Of a stretch of 64,000 nt of DNA, positions 18,975 to 27,426 are shown piece after piece. A program made the position numbers and the translations under genes. The notes below the pieces were generated by a model. The model did no database searches and had not been told where the DNA came from. It worked only from the letters and a program-made list of their open reading frames with translations. This DNA comes from Geopsychrobacteraceae bacterium (GTDB lineage Bacteria > Desulfobacterota > Desulfuromonadia > Desulfuromonadales > Geopsychrobacteraceae). Where the stretch lies: assembly GCA_963676795.2 (NCBI GenBank), contig CAXXTB010000001.1:256001-320000 (forward strand), given 5' to 3'. How positions within the stretch are numbered: the stretch's first letter is position 1; every line of letters begins with the position of its first letter.

Positions 18975-20737
18975 GAGGCTGTAGAAAAACCTTTAAATGT
19001 GCTATAGTTACTCCACTTTTTATGATTTTCAGGGGAGGGAAAACATGGCGCGTTTTATCGATTACAATCCGCATCAAACGGTATTGCTGCCCATCTCCTT
19101 TGAACAACAGATTCTCCCCGGAACCTTTGAGTACACCCTCAGTTTTCTGGTCGACAACAAGCTCGATCTGTCGATCTTCCATCACAAATACAAGAACGAT
19201 GACAACGGCCGGCCGGCCTATGACCCCGCCTTGCTCTTGAAAATTGTCCTGCTGGCCTATGCCCGGGGCGTCACCGGCAGCCGCCGCATTGAAGCGTTGT
19301 GCCGCGAGAATGTTCTGTTCATGGCCTTATCCAGTGACTGCCGCCCTCACTTCACCACCATTGCCGACTTCATCTCCGGCTCAAGCGGTGAGATTGCCAA
19401 GCTCTTCCACCAGGTCCTGATGATCTGTGACGACATGGGATTGATCGGTAGAGAGATGTTTGCTATCGACGGCTGCAAGCTGCCCTCAAATGCCTCTAAA
19501 GAATGGAGTGGCACCCACGACGCGTTAAGAAAGAAGAGCCGGAAGATCGACCAGGCGGTACGCCACATGCTCAATGTGCACCGCGAAGAAGACCGTAAAG
19601 GGGAAAATGATCACCAGATCCGCCAGAAACAGCAGAAACAGATCGATACTCTGCTGGCCGCCAGCGACAAAATCGACCGCTTTCTCAAACAGAACGAACC
19701 CCGCAAAGGCTACAGTGGCAACGAAGTCCAGAGCAATATCACCGATCCTGACAGTGCCAAGATGAAGACCAGTCACGGTGTTATTCAGGGCTATGTCGGT
19801 GTTGCGGCGGTCGACAGTAAGCATCAGATTGTTGTCAGTGCTGAAGCCTTTGGTCAGGGGCAGGAACACGGCTTGCTGGAACCGCTGGTCGAACAGATCG
19901 ACAAAGCCTTCGACAAAGATGTCATTCCCCCATCAAAACAGGCCAAGGTTCTCGCCGACAGTGGGTTCTGCAACAAAGACACCTTGAACTATCTGGAGAA
20001 AAACCAAATTGACGGCTATCTGGCCGATCACGGCTTTCGTTCCCGCGATCCCCGCTTTGCCGATGCCGGCCAGCACAAACCGGAGATCCGGAGGAAGTCT
20101 TCCGCCCGAAACCGTTTCAGCGGTGATGACTTTCAGGTGGATATCGAACAGCAGACCTGCATCTGCCCGGCCGGAAAGAGCCTGTGGCTCAAATGTGCCA
20201 AAGCCAAAATCCGCGATAATCTCTTCATGCAGTTCATGGGGCACAAAGAGGATTGTGATAACTGCCCGCTGCGCGACAGATGTTTAAAGAGCAGCAAACA
20301 AAAAGGCGCCCGCCAGCTCAACGTATTACTTGAGCATGTCGAAACTGAAAAGAACGGCCCCCTGGAACGGATGAAGCAGAAAATCGACAGCAAACTCGGC
20401 CGCCATATCTACAGCCAGCGTCTCGGTATTGTCGAACCGGTCTTCGGCCACATCTGCGAAGCTATCGGCATCAAAAGGTTCAGCCTGCGCAGTAAAGCCA
20501 AGGTTGACGGCCAATGGAAACTATTCACCCTGTTGCATAATCTGACCAAGATTCACCGTTTCGGGATGGCATAGAGGGAGAAAACGCCTGAAAAATGCAG
20601 AAATCTTAAAAATTCCGGATGGATAATACGGCAAAAAATGCTTAAATGAGCAAACGGGAAAAAACCAGCTGGACATCGAAACATTAACTCGATTCCGGGA
20701 TATGAGAACTCAGTGATCCCGGTTTTTCTACAGATTC
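18975..20737 (+). mobile_element. IS1182-family element
   Basis: 17-bp IRs GAGGCTGTAGAAAAACC / GGTTTTTCTACAGATTC (15/17); GTT duplicated at 18972-18974 and 20738-20740. Confidence 0.9.
19045..20574 (+). CDS. IS1182-family DDE transposase
   Basis: GRPAYDP, PHFTTIADF, AIDGCK, NITDPDS, LADSGF, IVEPVFG motifs. Confidence 0.93.
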   Translation: MARFIDYNPHQTVLLPISFEQQILPGTFEYTLSFLVDNKLDLSIFHHKYKNDDNGRPAYDPALLLKIVLLAYARGVTGSRRIEALCRENVLFMALSSDCRPHFTTIADFISGSSGEIAKLFHQVLMICDDMGLIGREMFAIDGCKLPSNASKEWSGTHDALRKKSRKIDQAVRHMLNVHREEDRKGENDHQIRQKQQKQIDTLLAASDKIDRFLKQNEPRKGYSGNEVQSNITDPDSAKMKTSHGVIQGYVGVAAVDSKHQIVVSAEAFGQGQEHGLLEPLVEQIDKAFDKDVIPPSKQAKVLADSGFCNKDTLNYLEKNQIDGYLADHGFRSRDPRFADAGQHKPEIRRKSSARNRFSGDDFQVDIEQQTCICPAGKSLWLKCAKAKIRDNLFMQFMGHKEDCDNCPLRDRCLKSSKQKGARQLNVLLEHVETEKNGPLERMKQKIDSKLGRHIYSQRLGIVEPVFGHICEAIGIKRFSLRSKAKVDGQWKLFTLLHNLTKIHRFGMA

Positions 20738-20748
20738 GTTAAGTGTCT

Positions 20749-21060
20749 ATGCAAACGTACCTGACAATAAAAAAAGAAGTTGTAGCAACCTTAGATAGCA
20801 ATTGGTCTATAACTGAAGAAGCTACACATCCTGACAACTTCGGCAGTATGTACTGCATTTTTTCGAACAAACATGCATCCATACGCTTAATTTGGGACGG
20901 AAGAGATGGTTGCTGCTATGCACAGAAAATGGACTCTGACGGTTGGCACGATTTGCCAATATCCTTAACCAGGGAGGATGTTGAGGGCCAGGCCGAAAAC
21001 ACGGAGAAGATCTTTCGGTTTTGCGCATTAATAAAAGATTCGTGCAAAGCCAACACTTAA
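20749..21060 (+). CDS. Cassette 4: small hypothetical protein
   Basis: Bounded by GTTAAGT (20738) and ACTTAAC (21055); stop inside R''. Confidence 0.75.
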   Translation: MQTYLTIKKEVVATLDSNWSITEEATHPDNFGSMYCIFSNKHASIRLIWDGRDGCCYAQKMDSDGWHDLPISLTREDVEGQAENTEKIFRFCALIKDSCKANT

Positions 21061-21137
21061 CAATCCAATGTCTTTAGACAAATCAAGCGATCTTTCACAA
21101 TAGAAGACATATTTCTCCCTTTAACTGGGTTATGGGT

Positions 21138-21332
21138 GTTTAAAACTGGCGATAATGTCTCTTCGGCTCTTCAGGCTGAGAGCAGGTCTACCTTACGGGC
21201 CATGTCTTAAACGGTATTCGCATCGAGTGGCGGTGACGATCAAGCTGATCATCTGCTGTTGCAGTGACGATTAAATTGCGGCCATCTCGATGCGAAGGGA
21301 TGTTGCTTTAAATCCTGTGTCTACTGGTCTGC
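21138..21332 (-). ncRNA. Putative bridge/seek RNA of IS110 copy 3
   Basis: Same sequence as 11616-11810. Confidence 0.75.
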
Positions 21333-22604
21333 TTATGCGGCAGTTTGGTACTGACTCTCGCAGGCAAAGACGCGGTTTTTGTCAAAGTGACCTCCCGATT
21401 TATACCAGCCGTAAAACAGTTTCAGAAACTTGCGCATAACAGCGGTCATGGCCTTGGTGCCCGACATTCCATGGGCCTTCTTGTTGTGATAATAAGCCCC
21501 GTAGAGTGCCTTTTTCTTCACCAGGGGCAGGACTATCTGGCTAAGAACCTTGCGTAATAGGCTGCGTCCCTTTTTGCTGAGCTTATTCTTGCCGCGATAG
21601 GTTCCGCTCTGCTTCTCACGAATGTTCAAACCGGCGTAGCGCATGAACTTGCGCAGGGTTTCGAAATCGCTGACCGGGCCGGTTTCAGCAACAATGCGGG
21701 CCAGGTGAAAGGTGGAGATAACACCCTGCTGCTGTTGCGGCAAATGAGGATCGAACCGACAGAGCTCCTCATAAAGAGTTTCCATCTGCTGCTTGGCCTC
21801 GTCTTTGCGAAGTTGATGCCTCTGGCAATCGTCCCACAATTGCCGGAAACGCCATTGTTGAATCTCCACCAGCCGTGAGCTGCTTTGATTACGGACCGAA
21901 CTCTGTGCCTGACTGTAGAGCCTGTCCAAAGTCGTTTGACGAATACGAGGGACAACCTGTTTCATCCGCTGGCAAATGCGCTCTTTGTTCTCGGCAACAA
22001 TACACAAGGGGTTCATGCCGTAGAGATCGACCAGTGCCGCTCCCGAACGAGTGTAGAGAAAGTCCTTCTGAAAGTCATAATCGGGAAACAGGACCTTGAG
22101 CTGACTGGCCAGCAGGCATTTGGTGCGCACGCATTCAACATCGGCCTGTTCATACAGTGCATGCCATTGTCGCAACAGAGCGTAGGATTCATCGTAATGG
22201 CGGCAGATGAGGGTTTTGCCCATACTCGCAAGGGTATGAATGACATGGGGATCTTTCAGATCCGTTTTGCCTGAGTCATTGGTTTCGATAGACCGCATTT
22301 TAAACACCGCTTCGCCGGAGACCCAGGCTGTTAGCAAACCAAGCCGGTGCGCTGTTGCCAGCAAGCTCATGTGATAACAGCCGGTCGGTTCACAGACCAC
22401 GAGAAGCTGTGAGTATCCGGCCATAAGAGCGCGATGCTTCCAGATAATAAGCTGTTTTTCTATCTCCGGTGTCGCATTGCAGAACTCATGATCGGTTAAC
22501 CGGCCGGTAATTTTGGTGGCCATGTTCAGAGTTTTCTTACTGACATCGAAAGCCAGAATTGCAACTGAATGATTTTCTTGAGCAGTCTTTATGGTACTCT
22601 TCAT
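21333..22604 (-). CDS. IS110-family recombinase/transposase
   Basis: Differs from copy 1 by R56K. Confidence 0.95.
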   Translation of the reverse strand: MKSTIKTAQENHSVAILAFDVSKKTLNMATKITGRLTDHEFCNATPEIEKQLIIWKHRALMAGYSQLLVVCEPTGCYHMSLLATAHRLGLLTAWVSGEAVFKMRSIETNDSGKTDLKDPHVIHTLASMGKTLICRHYDESYALLRQWHALYEQADVECVRTKCLLASQLKVLFPDYDFQKDFLYTRSGAALVDLYGMNPLCIVAENKERICQRMKQVVPRIRQTTLDRLYSQAQSSVRNQSSSRLVEIQQWRFRQLWDDCQRHQLRKDEAKQQMETLYEELCRFDPHLPQQQQGVISTFHLARIVAETGPVSDFETLRKFMRYAGLNIREKQSGTYRGKNKLSKKGRSLLRKVLSQIVLPLVKKKALYGAYYHNKKAHGMSGTKAMTAVMRKFLKLFYGWYKSGGHFDKNRVFACESQYQTAA

Positions 22605-22942
22605 GTGGGCTCCTCCTTGATCATGCGGATCTTGACCGGATCACGCTCGTAGGTTCACTGCCGAATTACAGTGATTATGACAGGGAGGAGTCCTCTTTGT
22701 TGATGTGATTAGAATAATAGTAGATCAAGCGGACGGAAAACGCGAGCGACTAAATTTGAAAAGGTTCGGTGGTGGCCGAATCGTCGCGTCGCCGCCGCTT
22801 ATCTCCACCGTTAAAAATTCAGATACCAAAATAAGCTTCCCTCACATCATATAACCCCTCAAATAAAATCGTTGATCTCATTAGCGCCTGTGAAGTAAAA
22901 GAGATTGCAGAGTATTTAACTAAATGAAAACAAGGAGGGGTT

Positions 22943-23272
22943 ATGGCAACATCACTAGACAAAGACAAAGTACGACGAATGATCGACGAATACTTCAAGA
23001 TTGCCGGTCATACGGGCTGGAACGGGGATGTTAACGAAAGAGTAGCAGCAGTTTTTGGAGAAATGCTCCAAAAAACCTCAATGTGTTCTCATGCTTTTAG
23101 CTGGGTTCCAAGACCACCGGGCGGCAAAGCGTCCATTGTTTGGCTATGCACGCAAATCGGATCTGGTGCCTTCAGAAGTTTGAGGGATAAATCTTCCGTT
23201 ACCTGCATGAAAAGCGTTATCTATGGTTATAAACGTCAACTTGATATTGCTGAAGCATTTGGAACGAACTGA
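22943..23272 (+). CDS. Hypothetical protein
   Basis: Strong RBS AAGGAGG; 109 aa. Confidence 0.75.
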   Translation: MATSLDKDKVRRMIDEYFKIAGHTGWNGDVNERVAAVFGEMLQKTSMCSHAFSWVPRPPGGKASIVWLCTQIGSGAFRSLRDKSSVTCMKSVIYGYKRQLDIAEAFGTN

Positions 23273-23278
23273 GGTCAC

Positions 23279-23869
23279 ATGAAAAAATCAATTTTTTACC
23301 TAACAATACTTGCTCTGCTTATCTCAACCGTCCTGCCCACCTTAGGATGTGCAAATAACAATTTTCCCAAAATCCATACTGCTCCCTGGCCAACTTCAAG
23401 CAAGCCTAAAGATTTTTCACAGCTAAAATTCGTATTTCTCAACCTAACCCTATCAACAGAATATGCAAAAAGCATCGAAGTTTTTAACTTTGGTGCACCA
23501 GCAATCTGTCTTGCGTCTCATGATGAAAACAAAAGTCTATTTATTTTTCTTCAAGATGAAAACGATGGGTACAAGGAGCTTTACGATAAAGCAGGAGCAA
23601 AAGATATCTATCAATTTTTCAGCCTAATGGGCAATCCAGACATCTCAAATAAAAATTTGATAAAAATTCGAGAAATCTATGGTCTAAATCAAGCTGAAGA
23701 TTATATCCACTACAAAAAAGATAAATTGGACGCATTCTACATAAAGTCAACAGACACGAAACAGTCAGAACTGTTCGTTCTAATAGCCGATACACCGCAA
23801 ATCTACAAATTCAACGGTTACCTTACTAAAGAAATTGTTGAGCAGTTACTATCGTTCTTAAGTCTCTAA
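23279..23869 (+). CDS. Hypothetical exported/lipoprotein
   Basis: Signal peptide ending LGC; RBS GAGG; AT-rich. Confidence 0.75.
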   Translation: MKKSIFYLTILALLISTVLPTLGCANNNFPKIHTAPWPTSSKPKDFSQLKFVFLNLTLSTEYAKSIEVFNFGAPAICLASHDENKSLFIFLQDENDGYKELYDKAGAKDIYQFFSLMGNPDISNKNLIKIREIYGLNQAEDYIHYKKDKLDAFYIKSTDTKQSELFVLIADTPQIYKFNGYLTKEIVEQLLSFLSL

Positions 23870-23880
23870 ACTTTTCAAAA

Positions 23881-23920
23881 TTGTTGATTACCTGCTATTC
23901 TTCCAGCAGGTAATCAACAA
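23881..23920. terminator. Perfect 16-bp inverted repeat (terminator or REP-like hairpin)
   Basis: TTGTTGATTACCTGCT-N8-AGCAGGTAATCAACAA. Confidence 0.6.
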
Positions 23921-23950
23921 CCAATATCAATGTGGTTTTCATAGAAAATA

Positions 23951-24894
23951 GAGCACACACGTGGGGTCAAGTCTTGAATTACAACATTTCTATGCTATCC
24001 TTTCCCCATGGCCCGTCAATTACGCATCGAATACCCCGGCGCAATCTACCATGTCACTTCGCGCGGTAATGCCCGCAGCATGATCTATGCTGACGATAAG
24101 GACCGGGAAGATTTCCTGAGAATTCTCGCACTTGTCGTTGAACGTTACCAATGGCTATGCCATGCCTATTGTCTGATGGGGAATCATTATCATCTGTTGA
24201 TAGAAACTCCGGAAGGCAACCTGTCTAAGGGCATGCGCCAGATCAACGGAGTCTATACCCAATCTTACAATCGGCGCCATCAACGGGTTGGACATCTTTT
24301 TCAGGGACGCTTCAAAGCGATTCTGGTTGAAAAAGAAAGCTATCTATTACAGCTCTGCCGCTATATCGTCAGAAATCCCGTTGCTGCAAATCTCTGCCAG
24401 TCTGTTGATCAATGGCCATGGAGCAGTTTTCGAGCAACAGCCGGGGTGACTGAAAGTCCTGACTTTTTGACGGTTCACTGGATATGGCAACAATTTTCAG
24501 AAAAAAAGGAGTCCGCTCAAAATCTATATCGCCATTTCGTCGAAGAGGGTTCCTGCGGTGTCAGCCCGTGGGATTCTTTGATCGGCAGAATTTTCCTGGG
24601 AAGCGATAAGTTTTCGGAAGAATTGAAAGCACGGCTTACCAACCCTGAGTCCTTAGCAGAAATTCCCAAAACTGAACGCTATGCAACACGCCCCGATTTG
24701 CAAAACTTACTCGGATCGGGCTTTTCTTCTCGTATGGAAAAGGCTTCCAGGATTTATCAGGCCCATATGGAATATGGATATACACAAAAACAAATTGCCG
24801 ATTTTTTGAATGTCCATTATTCAACCGTGAGTCGTGCAATCCAAAGAGTCGAGCAAAATGCTTGATTGCAAGACTTGACCCCTCTTGTGTGTTC
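23951..24894 (+). mobile_element. Inverted-repeat-bounded RAYT-like element
   Basis: GGGGTCAAGTCTTG (23963-23976) / CAAGACTTGACCCC (24869-24882), extending imperfectly outward. Confidence 0.6.
24008..24865 (+). CDS. Y1 HUH transposase (RAYT / IS200-like) with C-terminal HTH
   Basis: YHVTSRGN, YCLMGNHYHLL (HUH), GHLFQGRF, YIVRNPV, WPWSS; C-terminal YTQKQIADFLNVHYSTVSR. Confidence 0.9.
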   Translation: MARQLRIEYPGAIYHVTSRGNARSMIYADDKDREDFLRILALVVERYQWLCHAYCLMGNHYHLLIETPEGNLSKGMRQINGVYTQSYNRRHQRVGHLFQGRFKAILVEKESYLLQLCRYIVRNPVAANLCQSVDQWPWSSFRATAGVTESPDFLTVHWIWQQFSEKKESAQNLYRHFVEEGSCGVSPWDSLIGRIFLGSDKFSEELKARLTNPESLAEIPKTERYATRPDLQNLLGSGFSSRMEKASRIYQAHMEYGYTQKQIADFLNVHYSTVSRAIQRVEQNA

Positions 24895-25058
24895 ATGTCG
24901 TTACCGCCATTGAAGGCAGTCGTCAGCAACCAAATCACGCAAAAGGAAAACTGCTGCGCAGATTCAGTGATCACGCAGGCTGACATCGCTGCCAGAGCCT
25001 ATTCAAACCGCTGTGAGTGGCGGACATATTCAGTTTCTTACGTCTACAGGATTTGATC

Positions 25059-25475
25059 ATGAAGAGAATTCTATGTGCAGCATTCCTGACATTGTTTATG
25101 GCCTGCAACAGTTGGGCGCTTGATAGCAATGCCGTATCTGTCGCAGTCTTGGCTAAAACCGCCAATAGCTGGAATGGTGATGCTTTACCGAATTATCCAA
25201 AAGGCCAGCCGGAAGTTACGATTTTAAAAATATCAATTCCGCCGAAAACAAGGTTACCGCTACATCAGCATCCGGTCATTAACGCAGGTGTCTTGATCAA
25301 AGGGGAGTTAACCGTCATGACGGAAGATGGCAAGATATTGCATCTGCAAGCAGGTGACCCAATCGTAGAAGTTACGGATACCTGGCATTTTGGCGAAAAC
25401 ACCGGAAATGAGACTGCCGAAATCATAGTTTTCTATGCCGGCATTCAGAATGAGTCGGTGACCATACAAAAATAA
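25059..25475 (+). CDS. Exported cupin-domain protein
   Basis: Signal peptide; LPLHQHP...GEL...WHFGEN cupin motifs. Confidence 0.85.
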   Translation: MKRILCAAFLTLFMACNSWALDSNAVSVAVLAKTANSWNGDALPNYPKGQPEVTILKISIPPKTRLPLHQHPVINAGVLIKGELTVMTEDGKILHLQAGDPIVEVTDTWHFGENTGNETAEIIVFYAGIQNESVTIQK

Positions 25476-25505
25476 ACTCGGGATACACCGTGAGCAAGGA
25501 TCAAC

Positions 25506-26054
25506 ATGCTTTCTACCAGCCAAAAACTGCTCTGTCTGACCGCCTTGTGCTTCTCTGTTGCACTGTTTTCTTCGCAACCGGCAAAGGCGGCGGATTTTAT
25601 CGACACCAGCGGCGATGTGCTGCAAATCGCCATACCAGCAGCAGCCTACGCGACAACATTTTACCTTGATGACTCTGAAGGACGTAGAGAGTTTTACAAA
25701 TCGTTTTTTACCAGCATTGGCGTCACCTATGGGCTGAAGTATTCTATCGACAAGAAACGCCCGAATGGCAAGGAGCACTCATTTCCGTCCGGGCATACTT
25801 CTGCAGCATTTCAGGGCGCAACCTTTATCCATAAAAGGTACGGGCTGGAATACGGCATTCCGGCCTATATAGGCGCTTCGTTTGTCGGCTACAGTCGGAT
25901 TGAAACGAGAAATCATGACATTGTCGACGTGCTGGCCGGGGCGGCTATCGGCGCAGGCAGCAGCTTCTTTTTCACCGATCGCTATAATGGGTTGTCTGTC
26001 ACCCCTGTTGCCTGCGATGGTTATGTCGGTATAACAATAGGTAAAGCCTGGTAG
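25506..26054 (+). CDS. PAP2-family phosphatase (LpxE-like)
   Basis: KxxxxxxRP, SFPSGH, SRxxxxxHxxxD motifs. Confidence 0.9.
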   Translation: MLSTSQKLLCLTALCFSVALFSSQPAKAADFIDTSGDVLQIAIPAAAYATTFYLDDSEGRREFYKSFFTSIGVTYGLKYSIDKKRPNGKEHSFPSGHTSAAFQGATFIHKRYGLEYGIPAYIGASFVGYSRIETRNHDIVDVLAGAAIGAGSSFFFTDRYNGLSVTPVACDGYVGITIGKAW

Positions 26055-26101
26055 ACTGGGGCATGACTATAAACCATTGATGACACTTACGGAGTTCAGC
26101 T

Positions 26102-26461
26102 ATGGCGTCTGATGAAAATTTCGTGAAATTCATCGCCGAACAGATCGAGAGCGCCGGTCATATTCGCTACCGGAAGATGTTTGGCGAATACGCACTCTAT
26201 TGCGATGAAAAGGTGGTCGCTCTGATTTGCGATGATCAGCTCTACGTCAAGCCAAGCAGTGCCGGCCGAGCGTTTATCGGCGAGGTCGTCGAAGCTCCGG
26301 CCTATGAAGGAGCCAAGCCGGCTTTTTTGATCGAAGATCAGCTTGACGACAAAGACTGGTTAACCGAGCTGATCAGGCTGACGGCCAATGAGCTGCCGAC
26401 GCCAAAACCGAAAAAAGCGAAAAAAAGCAAGAAACCAGACAAACAGGATTCAGCCCTGTGA
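26102..26461 (+). CDS. TfoX/Sxy N-terminal domain protein
   Basis: RKMFGEYALY, ALICDDQLYVK. Confidence 0.88.
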   Translation: MASDENFVKFIAEQIESAGHIRYRKMFGEYALYCDEKVVALICDDQLYVKPSSAGRAFIGEVVEAPAYEGAKPAFLIEDQLDDKDWLTELIRLTANELPTPKPKKAKKSKKPDKQDSAL

Positions 26462-26485
26462 TGTCCAGCTGAGCGGTTACAGAAG

Positions 26486-27388
26486 ATGTCGCAGCCAACG
26501 AAACGCTTGTCACATTCAGCCCTGGGGCTCTGTGCGGCCTGCTCAGCAGGCTTTTTCTGGGGAACCGGTGCGGTGATCGTCAATCTGCTGATTGCCGACC
26601 ATGGCTTCAGCCCCGAAAATATCTCGTTCTGGCGGTTTACCGTCGGGGCGCTGGTTCTGCTGGCGGTCTTCCGCAAAAAAATCGCCTGGCAACAACTTAG
26701 ACCACAGCTGAAAACCGTTATTGTCGCCGGGCTGGCCATGGCCGGCTATGTGCTGTGCTGGTTCCTGGGTATAAAGCATATCGGCGCGGCGATCCCGACA
26801 TTGATTGCCCTGTGCCTGCCGCCCGTACTGGTGACCCTCTACGCCTTGCTCCGCAGGCAGGAAACCCTGAATTTTCAACTTGTCGGGCTGTTGCTGGCGG
26901 CGCTGACCGGCACCATTCTGATCGTCTTTCGGCATGACAGCGGAGCCACCGCGACAGATCTCCACGAATTGACCCTCGGGGTGCTATTTGCCACGGCATC
27001 CGCCTGCCTCTATGCCTTTTTTTCCCTGCTCAGCGGGCCGCTGACAAAGCGCCTTGGCGCGGGCCAAACGACAACCTGCGTGACGATTGTCGCGGCTCTG
27101 GTCATGGGGGTTTCCGCCCTGCACCAGCCCCTGTTCTGGCCGGCCGAGGTTCCGCCCCAGGCCTGGTTTCTCTACCTGGGCGTGATCACTGCCGCCCTGG
27201 CGCTGCTCGCATTCAGCTGGGGCGCGGCGCGGCTGACGCCGACCACCCTGACCGTTGCCACCCTGGTCGAACCGCTCACCGCGGTGATCCTGGCAGCAGT
27301 CTTTTTAGGCGAACAGCTCGGCCCCTGGCAATGGTGCGGCGGCGCTCTTCTGCTATTCAGCATCTGGGGGCTGGGACGGCGACGATAA
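26486..27388 (+). CDS. DMT/EamA-family transporter
   Basis: About 10 TM helices, FWG, WRF and EPL motifs. Confidence 0.9.
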   Translation: MSQPTKRLSHSALGLCAACSAGFFWGTGAVIVNLLIADHGFSPENISFWRFTVGALVLLAVFRKKIAWQQLRPQLKTVIVAGLAMAGYVLCWFLGIKHIGAAIPTLIALCLPPVLVTLYALLRRQETLNFQLVGLLLAALTGTILIVFRHDSGATATDLHELTLGVLFATASACLYAFFSLLSGPLTKRLGAGQTTTCVTIVAALVMGVSALHQPLFWPAEVPPQAWFLYLGVITAALALLAFSWGAARLTPTTLTVATLVEPLTAVILAAVFLGEQLGPWQWCGGALLLFSIWGLGRRR

Positions 27389-27426
27389 GGATCATGGCTG
27401 CCGCTGGTTTATCCTGAGGTTGCCCT

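Larger units (their letters stand above)
21070..22725 (-). mobile_element. IS110-family element, copy 3
   Basis: Near-identical to copies 1 and 2, same AT core position. Confidence 0.95.
21055..22816 (+). other. attC site 4, split by IS110 (21055-21069 + 22726-22816)
   Basis: ACTTAAC-AATCC-AATCAAGCGGACGG...CCGCCGCTTAT-CTCCACC-GTTAAAA. Confidence 0.88.

Noticed and set aside
10886..25000. Integron integrase gene
   Set aside because: No ORF with tyrosine-recombinase RHRY motifs; 24008-24865 is an HUH Y1 transposase
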